A DNA stretch of 64,000 nt from Ruminococcus sp. (GTDB lineage Bacteria; Bacillota; Clostridia; Oscillospirales; Acutalibacteraceae): the NCBI GenBank assembly GCA_017456845.1, contig JAFTIP010000032.1, positions 827-64,826 on the forward strand. The letters are read 5' to 3'. The number at the start of each line of letters is the position of its first letter. The stretch's first letter is position 1. The translations under genes and the position numbers were made by a program. Of the stretch, positions 18,374 through 27,214 are shown one piece after another. The notes under the pieces are model-generated. The model saw nothing but the letters and a program-made list of their open reading frames with translations. It was not told the origin of the DNA and ran no database searches.

Positions 18374-19549
18374 TTGAACAGTACCGAAAAATTGCTGATT
18401 GAAATTCTTTCAGCGTTTGTCAATGAGCGCAAACCCCGGATTACAACAGAATATAACGCAACAGAGCTTTATGAGCTTGCAAAGGCGCAGTCTGTGTCAG
18501 GTATAGTAGGGTATATGCTTAATAAATACGGCTTTACTGAATTTATCGGGGCAGAAAAGCGATTTAAGGATATATTCGATAAAACCGTTGCTCAGCTTGT
18601 TCGCAAGGAGTTCTATGCCCAGAAGCTGCTTTTGAAGCTTAATGAAAATGAGATTCCTCATATAGTTTTTAAAGGTTTGGTAGTAAAGGACAGTTACCCT
18701 GTGCCTCAGTTGAGAACCTATGGCGATATTGATATTATTATCCGTAAATCTGACAGAGAAAAAAGCCATAGGCTAATGTGTGACTCAGGCTTTGCTTGGG
18801 AGCTTATGGATGGCGGAGATGTGTATTCTTACAAAAAGGCTGTAGAACACTACGAGCTTCATACCACTCTTAATTCTGAGAAAACCAAATTTTCAAAACG
18901 TATGAACAGCTTTTGGGATTATACAAAGAGCAGAGGCGGGTTTACTTATGAGTTTGAAAACGAGTTTCACTTAAGCTACCTTATAAGCCATATTGAAAAG
19001 CATTTTTACGGCTCAGGCGCAGGGGTAAGGATGTACCTTGACATTGCATTGTTTTTAAAGAAGCATAAAGACAATCTTGACCTTGCAAAGGTAAGAGAAA
19101 TTTTAAAAGAATGCGGACTTGAAAGGTTTTTTGACTCAACACTTTTTCTTTGCAACAAATGGTTTGGCATAGAGATAAAGCCTAAGGAAGAGATGAGCGA
19201 TGAGCTTTTCAACGAGTTTTGCAGGTATACATTCAGAGGCGGTGTTTTCGGCATACAGGAGAAAGAAAGCTGTAACGAAAACGAAGTGCGGCAGGCAGTA
19301 TCTAAAAGGGGCAGGGCAGGCAAAGCGGTTCTTTTGCTAAGTCATATTTTCCCACCCTACAGAGAAGTGAGGCGTTTATATCCTTTCTTTAACGGTAAGC
19401 CTTATTTATTGCCCTTTGGCTGGTGTGTGCATTTCTTTAAAGCCGCTAAACGCTCAGGCCTTAAAAACATTAAGCAAATCGCAAAAGCCGACGTAGAAAA
19501 AGCCAAAAGTGAAAAAGAATTTTTTGACCAAGTTGGCTCGAAAAGATAA
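18374..19549 (+). CDS. Uncharacterised nucleotidyltransferase-family protein (NTP_transf_5-like)
   Basis: 391 aa with a TTG start behind a GGAGAA RBS. The motif FKGLVVKDSYPVPQLRTYGDIDIII resembles the GxxxR..GDIDLL nucleotidyltransferase signature. It is the last gene of the EPS cluster. Confidence 0.55.
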   Translation: MNSTEKLLIEILSAFVNERKPRITTEYNATELYELAKAQSVSGIVGYMLNKYGFTEFIGAEKRFKDIFDKTVAQLVRKEFYAQKLLLKLNENEIPHIVFKGLVVKDSYPVPQLRTYGDIDIIIRKSDREKSHRLMCDSGFAWELMDGGDVYSYKKAVEHYELHTTLNSEKTKFSKRMNSFWDYTKSRGGFTYEFENEFHLSYLISHIEKHFYGSGAGVRMYLDIALFLKKHKDNLDLAKVREILKECGLERFFDSTLFLCNKWFGIEIKPKEEMSDELFNEFCRYTFRGGVFGIQEKESCNENEVRQAVSKRGRAGKAVLLLSHIFPPYREVRRLYPFFNGKPYLLPFGWCVHFFKAAKRSGLKNIKQIAKADVEKAKSEKEFFDQVGSKR

Positions 19550-19562
19550 TAAACAAGCATTA

Positions 19563-19591
19563 AGCCGTTCCTAATAAAGGAACGGCTTTTT
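19563..19591. terminator. Bidirectional terminator between the EPS cluster and sigF
   Basis: AGCCGTTCC-TAATAA-AGGAACGGCT followed by TTTTT. Confidence 0.7.
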
Positions 19592-20256
19592 CAGTCTTTC
19601 ATTATTTCTCTTAGATTTGAGAGTATCTTCTTTTCCCGACGGCTTACCTGCACCTGAGTCATGTTAAGCTCTTGGGCGGCAGCGGTCTGTGTTTTGTTTT
19701 TAAAATACCTTAAAGTTATAAGAAGTCTGTCTTTTTCAGGTAGTTCTTCAATGGCTTTCTGCAATGTAAGCTTTTCGGAAAGTGCTTCTTCACAGGAACT
19801 GACAGGAATCAGCAGTTCCTGTTCCTCGTCGTCATCTGTGTGGTAACTTAAAGATAAAGGAAGCCTTGCCGAGGATAAAGCCTCGGTGATTTCTTCCTTG
19901 CTTACATCTAATATTTTGCTCAGCTCGGTCAGGGTAAGCTCCACGCCTCGTTCTTTCAAGCTTTGCTCGTTAAGACGGTTGGCTTTCAGTGATAACTCCT
20001 TTATTTTTCGGCTTACCTTAACACTTCCGCCGTCTCGCCATATACGCTTGATTTCGCCTAAAATTGCCGGCACGGCATAGGTGGAAAGCTTAAAGCCCTT
20101 GGTTTCGTCAAAATTGTCGATTGCTTTGATAAGTCCTATACAGCCTGCAGAGACAATATCCTCGTAGTCTACGCCCTTACCCAAAAACTTTTTGGCTACA
20201 GCATGAACAAGGCCTAAGTTTTCCTCTACCTTTCTGTGTCTTTCTTTAAGGGTCAT
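19591..20256 (-). CDS. sigF: Sporulation sigma factor SigF
   Basis: 221 aa. It has region 2 (LSTYAVPAILGEIKRIWRD) and region 4 (TQTAAAQELNMTQVQVSRREKK). It is the third gene of the spoIIAA-spoIIAB-sigF operon and overlaps spoIIAB. Confidence 0.9.
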   Translation of the reverse strand: MTLKERHRKVEENLGLVHAVAKKFLGKGVDYEDIVSAGCIGLIKAIDNFDETKGFKLSTYAVPAILGEIKRIWRDGGSVKVSRKIKELSLKANRLNEQSLKERGVELTLTELSKILDVSKEEITEALSSARLPLSLSYHTDDDEEQELLIPVSSCEEALSEKLTLQKAIEELPEKDRLLITLRYFKNKTQTAAAQELNMTQVQVSRREKKILSNLREIMKD

Positions 20257-20680
20257 CTTTTGTTATTTTTTTCTTAAGGGTTACTGTGGTGCCTTTGCCT
20301 ACTTTTGAGCTTACCTTTATGCTGTCCATAAAGCTTTGCATTACTGCAAAGCCTAAGCCTGCACGCTCTTCACCGCCTGTGGTGAATAAAGGCTCCATAG
20401 CTTTTTCTATATCTTCGATGCCGCAACCCTTGTCGCGGATTTTTACTGATAAAACGTTATCGTCTGATATTCTGACGGTTATGTAAATCACTCCGCCTGC
20501 GCCTTTGTAACCGTGAACTATAGAGTTTGTAACAGCCTCGGAAACAGAGGTTTTAATGTCTGCAAGCTGGCTTATGGTGGGGTCAAGTTGCATTGTAAAG
20601 GCCGCCACAGCACTTCTGGCAAAGGCTTCGTTGGCACTTTTTGCAGGGAAATTAAGTTTAACTTCGTTTATATATTTCAT
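20246..20680 (-). CDS. spoIIAB: Anti-sigma F factor (serine kinase) SpoIIAB
   Basis: 144 aa with HATPase motifs EAVTNSIVHGY and DKGCGIEDIEKAMEPLFTT...RAGLGF. Confidence 0.92.
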   Translation of the reverse strand: MKYINEVKLNFPAKSANEAFARSAVAAFTMQLDPTISQLADIKTSVSEAVTNSIVHGYKGAGGVIYITVRISDDNVLSVKIRDKGCGIEDIEKAMEPLFTTGGEERAGLGFAVMQSFMDSIKVSSKVGKGTTVTLKKKITKDDP

Positions 20681-20979
20681 TTCATCACCCCCAGAGTTTC
20701 GATTCCCGAAAGAGAAAACATCCTTTTTAAATGAGGCGGTACGTTTGTTACCTCTACGTTTCCGCCCATAAGTGACATTTGGCGGTATCTGCCCATAATA
20801 AGCCCTATACCCGAGGAGTCCATAAACTGAACATCCCTGTAGTCAAGTTTAAGGGTTTTAGGTTTTAGCATTTCTGCCTTTGAGTCAATTTTTTTGCGGA
20901 TAACTGCCGCCGAGTGGTGGTCAAGCTCGCCTGAAAGGTGAGCCGTAAGTACAGAGTTTTCAAATTCAAGCTCAAGCAT
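20677..20979 (-). CDS. spoIIAA: Anti-anti-sigma F factor SpoIIAA (STAS domain)
   Basis: 100 aa. The STAS domain carries the phosphorylatable serine context FMDSSGIGLIMGR. Confidence 0.9.
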   Translation of the reverse strand: MLELEFENSVLTAHLSGELDHHSAAVIRKKIDSKAEMLKPKTLKLDYRDVQFMDSSGIGLIMGRYRQMSLMGGNVEVTNVPPHLKRMFSLSGIETLGVMK

Positions 20980-21002
20980 TTTTACACATCCTTAAAATAA
21001 TA

Positions 21003-21044
21003 TATGCCCATACCTATTTTAATAAGTATGGGCATATTTTTTTG
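21003..21044. terminator. Hairpin terminator downstream of folC
   Basis: TATGCCCATAC-ctattttaataa-GTATGGGCATA flanked by T/A runs. Confidence 0.6.
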
Positions 21045-21066
21045 AAATATTCTGTTGTCGGAAAAA

Positions 21067-22347
21067 TTATTTATTCAGTATATATGGTCTTAATTCACCT
21101 GCAAGGTAAAGAGAACCGCAGATTATAAGGGCGGCGTTTTCTTCTTTTGCTTTTCTGAGAGCTTTGTCGAAGCCCTCAAAGGGAGTATTGCTGGGGGTTA
21201 CATCCTCAATATGCTTTCTGAGGATTTCTGCCATATCTTCTGCTGTTCTGGTTCTGGGGTTAGAAACAGGCACAGTATAGGCAAAGTCAAACAGACCCTC
21301 TACGTATCTTGATGAGGTAAGGCTGTCTTTGTCAGAGAGCATTCCCATAAGAAGCACGCGTTTGCTTCCGCCTGTATATTTTTTTACAGCATTTGAAAAA
21401 GCCAACATTCCGTCGGCATTGTGAGCACCGTCCATAATAATAAGGGGTTCTTTTGAGAGTACCTCAAATCTTGCGGGGTTAACGGCGTTTTTAAAGCCTT
21501 CGATTATGGCATTTTCGCTGATTTTAATATCTGTATCTTTGGTAAGTACCGCTAAAGCCGCTAAGGCTGTGCGTGCATTTTTAACCTGATGCTCGCCTAT
21601 AAGGCTAAGTTTAAGGCTAAGACCGTTAAACTCAAGTGTTGTGCCGTCGATGCTTTCATCTAATGCTTTCACTTTGATGTCTGTTGAGAAAAGCAAGGGC
21701 GAGTGGTGGCGGATTGCACTATTCTTAATTACTCTTGCGGCTCCTTCTTCCTGCTCTGAAGACACAACAGGGCAGGTGTCCTTTATAATTCCGCATTTTT
21801 GCTCTGCGATTTCCTCAATGGTTTCGCCTAAAATATCGGTGTGATCTAAGCTTATGGAAGTGATAACAGAGCAAAGGTTAGTTTTTATAACGTTTGTGCA
21901 GTCGAGCAGACCGCCAAGGCCTGTTTCAAGCACAGCAAGGTCTACCTTTTCACGTTTGAAATATTCAAAGCACAAAGCGGTTACAAATTCGAACTCGGTT
22001 ATTATAATATCTTCTTTGTTAAGCTTTTCAACAAATGAGAAAACGTATTCGGTAAGCTCAGCGAGTTTTTCGTGGGGGATTGGGGTTAAGTTTATCTGGA
22101 TTCTCTCACAAAAATCTATAATAAAAGGGGAGATGAAAAGCCCTGTTTTGTAACCTGCGCTCTTAAGTACAGAGGATATGATCGCACACACCGAGCCCTT
22201 GCCGTTGGTGCCTGCTACGTGTATGTACTTTACGTCATCCTGAGGATTACCCATATCACTTAAGAGCCTTTTAACGCGGTCAAGCCCCGGACGGGAGCCG
22301 AATTTATTAAGGGAATGAATTTTTTCTAAAGCTTCTGTGTAGGTCAT
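21067..22347 (-). CDS. folC: Bifunctional folylpolyglutamate synthase/dihydrofolate synthase
   Basis: 426 aa. The P-loop HVAGTNGKGSV and the Mur-ligase middle and C domains (LETGLGGLLDCTN; DGAHN) are present. Confidence 0.9.
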   Translation of the reverse strand: MTYTEALEKIHSLNKFGSRPGLDRVKRLLSDMGNPQDDVKYIHVAGTNGKGSVCAIISSVLKSAGYKTGLFISPFIIDFCERIQINLTPIPHEKLAELTEYVFSFVEKLNKEDIIITEFEFVTALCFEYFKREKVDLAVLETGLGGLLDCTNVIKTNLCSVITSISLDHTDILGETIEEIAEQKCGIIKDTCPVVSSEQEEGAARVIKNSAIRHHSPLLFSTDIKVKALDESIDGTTLEFNGLSLKLSLIGEHQVKNARTALAALAVLTKDTDIKISENAIIEGFKNAVNPARFEVLSKEPLIIMDGAHNADGMLAFSNAVKKYTGGSKRVLLMGMLSDKDSLTSSRYVEGLFDFAYTVPVSNPRTRTAEDMAEILRKHIEDVTPSNTPFEGFDKALRKAKEENAALIICGSLYLAGELRPYILNK

Positions 22348-23174
22348 TTTGTAACCTCCCTGTAGATTTCGTTTTTCTTAAGACCGCTTAACGTTGCGGC
22401 CTTCTTTGCTGCATCAGAGATTTTTAGCCCCTCTGCTATAAATGAGTTTGCAAGTTTTACTGCATCCTCCAAGGTTATTTCTTCCTTTATCTCATCTGCT
22501 TTGCCTTCCATAACAAGTACGATTTCACCTTTTAAAGGATTCTCTGAAATGTTTTCAAAGGCTTCTTTGGTAGTGGTGCGGATAACCTCTTCGTGGATTT
22601 TGGTAATCTCACGAACAATGGTAAGATTACGCTCTCCGAAATATAAGTACAAATCCTTTAAGGTGTTAGCAAGCTTGTGAGGAGCTTCATAAAAAATCAT
22701 TGTGCGTTTTTCGTTTATCAGGGATTCAAGGTGTTCCTTACGGCTTTTTTTATTTACGGAAATAAAGCCTTCAAAGGTAAATCTGCCTGTGGCAAGACCC
22801 GACACACAAAGTGCCGAAATTAAAGCCGAAGGGCCGGGAACAACCACGGTTTTAATTCCCAGATTACCGCATTCACGTACTAAATCCTCGCCGGGGTCAG
22901 AGATACAGGGCATACCTGCGTCACTTACAACGGCACAGCTTTCGCCCTTTAAAATCCTTTGGCAGATTTCACTTGTTCGCTGGGTTTTGTTGTGCTCAAA
23001 GTAGCTTACCATAGGCTTTTTAATGCCGAGGTGATTAAGAAGCTTCAAGGTAACTCTGGTATCCTCAGCGGCTATAAAGTCAACCTCAGCAAGAGTCTGG
23101 GCTGCACGGGGTGAAAAATCACTCAGGTTTCCTATTGGTGTGCCTACAACGTAAAGGGTTTTGCTCTCAACCAT
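22344..23174 (-). CDS. rsmI: 16S rRNA (cytidine1402-2'-O)-methyltransferase
   Basis: 276 aa. Motifs are LYVVGTPIGNLSDFSPRA...IAAEDTR and DAGMPCISDPG. Confidence 0.92.
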   Translation of the reverse strand: MVESKTLYVVGTPIGNLSDFSPRAAQTLAEVDFIAAEDTRVTLKLLNHLGIKKPMVSYFEHNKTQRTSEICQRILKGESCAVVSDAGMPCISDPGEDLVRECGNLGIKTVVVPGPSALISALCVSGLATGRFTFEGFISVNKKSRKEHLESLINEKRTMIFYEAPHKLANTLKDLYLYFGERNLTIVREITKIHEEVIRTTTKEAFENISENPLKGEIVLVMEGKADEIKEEITLEDAVKLANSFIAEGLKISDAAKKAATLSGLKKNEIYREVTK

Positions 23175-23925
23175 TTGTCTGCCTCCCTGCGTTTTGCCGA
23201 TAACAGCCGTAAATTTCGTTCATTTCGTCGGTAAACGAGCCGTCGGCGTTTTCAATAATAAGGGTAGGAAGAACCTCAAGATATCCTTCCTTGCCGCCTT
23301 TTTTGCCTTTTAAGAGGAATAGCTTCGGCTTTTTGTCGGCTTTTCCCTGAACGAGCCTAAGTTCTTTTGGCTCTAAGTCGTATTTTCTGAAAAGTGTAAG
23401 GGCGTCTGTAAGTCTTTCTGGACGCTGACACATACAGAAGTTGCCCGAAAATTGCAGAAGCTTAGAGGCTGCTTTAACTACGTCTTCCATTGTGCAAGCG
23501 GCTTCGTGGCGTGCCAAAAGCTTGCCTTCTTCGGGGTTCTTTACTCCGCCCCCTGCAATTTTATAGGGCGGGTTACAGGTGACAACATCGAAATAGCCAA
23601 AGGGAACTTTCCCCTTAAGCTCTCTTAAGTCTTCGCAAAGCACCGTAAAATTTTCAGAAAGACTGTTGTGCTTAATGCTTCGTTCTATCATATCCGCGGC
23701 GTCAGACTGAATTTCTACCGCGGTTATATTAAGATTTTTGCTGAAGCGACACCACAAAAGGGGAATTGTGCCACAGCCTGAGCCAAGGTCAACACATTTT
23801 GCATTTTTCTTGGGATTTGCAAAATGCGAGAGTAAAATTGTATCGGTTGTAAAGTGATGAGTAGGAGACACAATTATTTCTATTCCGTTGCCCAAAGGCT
23901 CTATGTGCTCGTTCGGTTTAAGCAT
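23167..23925 (-). CDS. SAM-dependent methyltransferase, YabB/tRNA1(Val) m6A37 methyltransferase-like
   Basis: 252 aa with DLGSGCGTIPL (SAM motif I) and NPPY (CNPPYKIAGGG). It is upstream of rsmI, as in the Bacillus yabB-yabC arrangement. Confidence 0.8.
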   Translation of the reverse strand: MLKPNEHIEPLGNGIEIIVSPTHHFTTDTILLSHFANPKKNAKCVDLGSGCGTIPLLWCRFSKNLNITAVEIQSDAADMIERSIKHNSLSENFTVLCEDLRELKGKVPFGYFDVVTCNPPYKIAGGGVKNPEEGKLLARHEAACTMEDVVKAASKLLQFSGNFCMCQRPERLTDALTLFRKYDLEPKELRLVQGKADKKPKLFLLKGKKGGKEGYLEVLPTLIIENADGSFTDEMNEIYGCYRQNAGRQTNG

Positions 23926-23950
23926 AGTACTCCTCCTTTTGCGATTGATA

Positions 23951-23988
23951 TAAAAACAAGAACCGCACTCACCATAAATGAGTGCGGT
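23951..23988 (-). terminator. Terminator of the ferredoxin gene
   Basis: The minus strand reads ACCGCACTCA-tttatgg-TGAGTGCGGT followed by TCTTGTTTTT. Confidence 0.65.
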
Positions 23989-24010
23989 AGGCTTGTAAGT
24001 AATTTGGGAA

Positions 24011-24181
24011 TTACTCCTCTACGGGAGCTCCAACGGGGCAAGCATCTGCACAAGCGCCGCAATCTGCACAAGCATCAGCGTCGATTACAAACTTGCCATC
24101 GCCCTCAGAAATAGCACCGCAGGGGCACTCGTCTACGCAAGCACCGCAGCTGATGCAATCATCAGTAATAGTATATGCCAT
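24011..24181 (-). CDS. fdx: Clostridial-type 2x[4Fe-4S] ferredoxin (56 aa; below the ORF-track size cutoff)
   Basis: Hand translation gives MAYTITDDCISCGACVDECPCGAISEGDGKFVIDADACADCGACADACPVGAPVEE. This contains two CxxCxxCxxxCP motifs. A GGAGG RBS lies 7 nt upstream, and the gene has its own terminator. Confidence 0.9.
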   Translation of the reverse strand: MAYTITDDCISCGACVDECPCGAISEGDGKFVIDADACADCGACADACPVGAPVEE

Positions 24182-24261
24182 GGAGACACCTCCTTCATTA
24201 ATATAACCCTATTGTAGCATATTTTTTTAAAAATGCAATTGTTTTTACGTATTTCCTCAAA

Positions 24262-25131
24262 TTATTCCAGATTTTTAAGGTCTTCGGCTTCTTCCTTGCT
24301 TACCTTTTTGGTAAAGCCATCTTTAAGAAGCTTAACTTCTTTTACCTTAAATACCTGAGGCGCGGCTTCCTCGGGGGTGTTGTCCATATGTACTTTGAGA
24401 GTACCGGTAACAAGGCTTACCTCCACGACTCTGCCTTTGCCGAGGGGAGTTTTAACAATAGCACCGTATTTAGGAGTGTTTTTAATAAGGTCAAGGTATG
24501 CCTCTTCCTCATATTTTAAGCAACACATAAGTCTGCCGCAGGTGCCTGAAATCTTAACGGGAGAAAGTGAAAGGCCTTGGTCTTTAGCCATTTTGATAGA
24601 AACAGGCTGAAAGTCACCTAAAAAGCTTGAACAGCAGAAAGGTCTGCCGCAAACACCCAGTCCGCCAAGCATTTTAGCTTCGTCTCTTACGCCTATCTGA
24701 CGAAGCTCTATGCGGGTTTTAAAAACAGAGGCAAGGTCTTTAACCAAAGCTCTGAAGTCTACTCTGCCATCGGCAGTAAAGTAAAAAAGAAGCTTTGAAT
24801 TATCAAATGTATACTCAACATTTACCAGCTTCATGTCAAGGTTATGTTCGGCTACCTTTTTTTCGCATATTTCAAGAGCTTTTTTCTCAAGCTCGCGGTT
24901 TGCTTCCAGACGCTTGATATCAGCCTTTGTGGCTTTGCGTATGATTTTTTTAAGGGGATGAACGATTTCTTCGTCAGGTACATCGTGATTTGCTGAGGCA
25001 ATCTGACCGCATTCAACTCCTCTTGCGGTTTCAACGATTACCATCTCATCCTGCTCAAATTTAACGTCTGTGGGGTCAAAATAATATATTTTTCCAACTT
25101 CTTTGAAGCGTACACCTACTACTTCTGCCAT
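24262..25131 (-). CDS. ricT: PSP1-domain regulatory iron-sulfur protein RicT (YaaT, stage 0 sporulation)
   Basis: The start MAEVVGVRFKEVGKIYYFDP at 25131 is preceded by an AGGAGG RBS. Cys clusters GVCGRPFCC and GTCGRLMCCLKYE are present. The gene lies downstream of holB, as in Bacillus. Confidence 0.9.
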   Translation of the reverse strand: MAEVVGVRFKEVGKIYYFDPTDVKFEQDEMVIVETARGVECGQIASANHDVPDEEIVHPLKKIIRKATKADIKRLEANRELEKKALEICEKKVAEHNLDMKLVNVEYTFDNSKLLFYFTADGRVDFRALVKDLASVFKTRIELRQIGVRDEAKMLGGLGVCGRPFCCSSFLGDFQPVSIKMAKDQGLSLSPVKISGTCGRLMCCLKYEEEAYLDLIKNTPKYGAIVKTPLGKGRVVEVSLVTGTLKVHMDNTPEEAAPQVFKVKEVKLLKDGFTKKVSKEEAEDLKNLE

Positions 25132-25982
25132 GATATCCTCCTGAATTCGCCGCAAATCCATGTGCTCATAAGGCTCAGATTAACGTTGCGGCTTATAGTA
25201 TATATTGCGTGATTTACAGTCTCAATGAGACCGATGATTTTCTTCTTTGTAAGCTTTCTGCTTAAAATCTCGCTTAAATCTTTGGAAAGCAAGACTTCGT
25301 CAGAAACGGTAAGCGACAAAGCATCGCTTAAAATTGCCCTCATTGCAGGCAAAACCTCTAAGGCTGTGGTTTTGTCAGCAAGGACGTTTGTATTTTTTAA
25401 AAGGTTAAGCTCAGAGGTTTCTGTAATGCTTAAAAGGATTTTTTGAGCAAGCTCTAAAGTTTCGTTGCTGAAGGTGGTGCTTTGCTCAAGGTTAAGCACC
25501 GTGCATCTTGAAAGCACGGTTTCGGGAAGAGTACCGGCGTCCTCAGTGGTTAAGATAAATAAAATCGCCTGAGGCGGCTCTTCCAATGTTTTCAAAAAGG
25601 CATTAAGTGCTTCAACACCCATGCGTTTGTCTGCATTTTTTATAACGAAAACCTTTGTGTCGGCTTCGTTGGCTATAATTGAGCAGGCTCTTGTGATTTC
25701 ACGGATTTCAGCAACGGCAATCACATCGGTTTTGCCTGAGCCTTTTGCAAAGTAAATGTCGGGATGCACGCCTTTTTGAGCTTTTTGGCAGGGAATACAC
25801 TCAGAGCAAGGCTTTTGCTCTCCTCTGCATACAGCCCATTTTGACAAAAGCAGGGTCAGAGCATCTCTCGAAGCTTCGTCGCCGCCGTTTAAAATAATAG
25901 CGTGAGGGAAGCGGTTGCTTTGCTCTAAGCTTAAAAGCTCAGACTTTAAGTTTTCATTGCCGCCTAAATTTTCAAAATTCAA
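25119..25982 (-). CDS. holB: DNA polymerase III delta-prime subunit
   Basis: 287 aa. It has FPHAIILNGG, the zinc module CSECIPCQK...HPD and the AAA+ box VFVIKNADKM..EALNAFLKTLEEPP. Confidence 0.88.
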   Translation of the reverse strand: MNFENLGGNENLKSELLSLEQSNRFPHAIILNGGDEASRDALTLLLSKWAVCRGEQKPCSECIPCQKAQKGVHPDIYFAKGSGKTDVIAVAEIREITRACSIIANEADTKVFVIKNADKRMGVEALNAFLKTLEEPPQAILFILTTEDAGTLPETVLSRCTVLNLEQSTTFSNETLELAQKILLSITETSELNLLKNTNVLADKTTALEVLPAMRAILSDALSLTVSDEVLLSKDLSEILSRKLTKKKIIGLIETVNHAIYTISRNVNLSLMSTWICGEFRRISWQK

Positions 25983-26045
25983 GCCAAGCTCCCCTTTCTT
26001 TCATTTTATCATAAACTAATCGGATTTTCTATAGTAAGTATATGG

Positions 26046-26510
26046 TTAAAGTTTATAGTGTCTTGTGACAATGCCTTTCTCGCTTACATCAATGTAAGCG
26101 TAGCTTGCACCGTAGCCGTGGCAGGAACCGGGGTTTACAATGTAAAGCCCGTCGTCGTAGTCCTCAAGGGCATTGTGAGTATGACCAAACAAAAGTAAAT
26201 CAGCACTTGCTTCTCTGGCGGCACAAACAAGGTTATAAAGGCCGTATTTTGCGTTATAAATATGGCCGTGAGTAACAAAAATCTTCTTGCCCTCTAAGGT
26301 TATTGTTTCAATATTTGAAGCATTGGTAAAAAGGTCACAGTTGCCTTTTACGCCTATAAAGTGCTTTTCGGGATAAAGAGCTCTTAAGCTTTCGAATTCG
26401 GAGTTGCCGTCACCGCAATGAATTATAACCTCAGCCTGAGGTCTTTGGTTGATAGCGTTTTTTAAAGAGTAGGTGTCACCGTGAGTATCGGAAACAACAA
26501 GAATTTTCAT
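26046..26510 (-). CDS. YfcE/MJ0936-family metallophosphoesterase
   Basis: 154 aa with motifs VVSDTHGD, HCGD, GNCD and GHTH. Confidence 0.88.
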   Translation of the reverse strand: MKILVVSDTHGDTYSLKNAINQRPQAEVIIHCGDGNSEFESLRALYPEKHFIGVKGNCDLFTNASNIETITLEGKKIFVTHGHIYNAKYGLYNLVCAAREASADLLLFGHTHNALEDYDDGLYIVNPGSCHGYGASYAYIDVSEKGIVTRHYKL

Positions 26511-26568
26511 AAAATCACCCTGTCATAATATGAAGTCGGTAATCATAAAATTAACCGAGGTGTTATAT

Positions 26569-26802
26569 ATGGCAAACGAAAAGCAGATGGAAAACATTGC
26601 AAAGATGCTTTCTTCAAAGCTTAATATGAGCAGTCAGGAAATTCTCAGCAGTATGAAGTCGGGAAATGTCAATTCTGTGCTTAATTCCCTGAATTCTGAA
26701 AACCGAAACAAGGTTAACTCGATTTTATCTGACCCGGAGCTTACTAAAAAGCTTATGGAAGATAAAGGCGTTCAGGATATTTTAAGAAAGCTTGACCTTT
26801 GA
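26569..26802 (+). CDS. Small hypothetical protein (77 aa, S/N-rich)
   Basis: The start MANEKQMENIAKM sits behind a GAGG RBS. It contains ILSDPELTKKL, and its stop overlaps the next start (TGATG). Confidence 0.55.
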   Translation: MANEKQMENIAKMLSSKLNMSSQEILSSMKSGNVNSVLNSLNSENRNKVNSILSDPELTKKLMEDKGVQDILRKLDL

Positions 26803-27170
26803 TGAGCACACTTGAAGATAAGCTTTCGGGAATACTTTCAGACCCGGAGGCGGTAAGCAAGCTGAAGTCCTTAGGTTCTGCTTTAGGGCTTGACACAGGC
26901 GGTGTTAATGCACAGCCGAAGCCCCAGCCTCAACAGGGGTTTAGCCTGCCTTTTATGGGGCAGAATACGGGAAATGACGAAATGATAAGTACATTAATGC
27001 GTTTGGCTCCGCTTTTGTCGGATATGGGCAGGGATGATGAAACCGCCTGCCTTTTAAATGCCCTTAAGCCTTTTTTAAGCGAGCAAAGACGAGTGCGTCT
27101 GGAGCAGGCAGGAAAGATGCTTAAGGTTATGAGGCTTTTGCCTGTTATAAAGAATTCGGGATTGATGTAA
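26802..27170 (+). CDS. Small hypothetical protein (122 aa)
   Basis: It is translationally coupled to the previous ORF. It shares an ILSDPEAVSKL motif with that ORF and has a Q/P-rich centre. Confidence 0.55.
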   Translation: MSTLEDKLSGILSDPEAVSKLKSLGSALGLDTGGVNAQPKPQPQQGFSLPFMGQNTGNDEMISTLMRLAPLLSDMGRDDETACLLNALKPFLSEQRRVRLEQAGKMLKVMRLLPVIKNSGLM

Positions 27171-27174
27171 AACC

Positions 27175-27199
27175 GTAGGGGCGGATATTATCCGCCTGC
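27175..27199 (+). repeat. Minimal REP-like unit: GTAG plus an 8-bp hairpin
   Basis: GTAGG-GGCGGATA-t-TATCCGCC-TGC. This is the same core as the GTAGGCGGATTTGCCCTGC of copy B and the hairpin at 4611. Confidence 0.7.
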
Positions 27200-27214
27200 A
27201 AATGGAATTTACAT

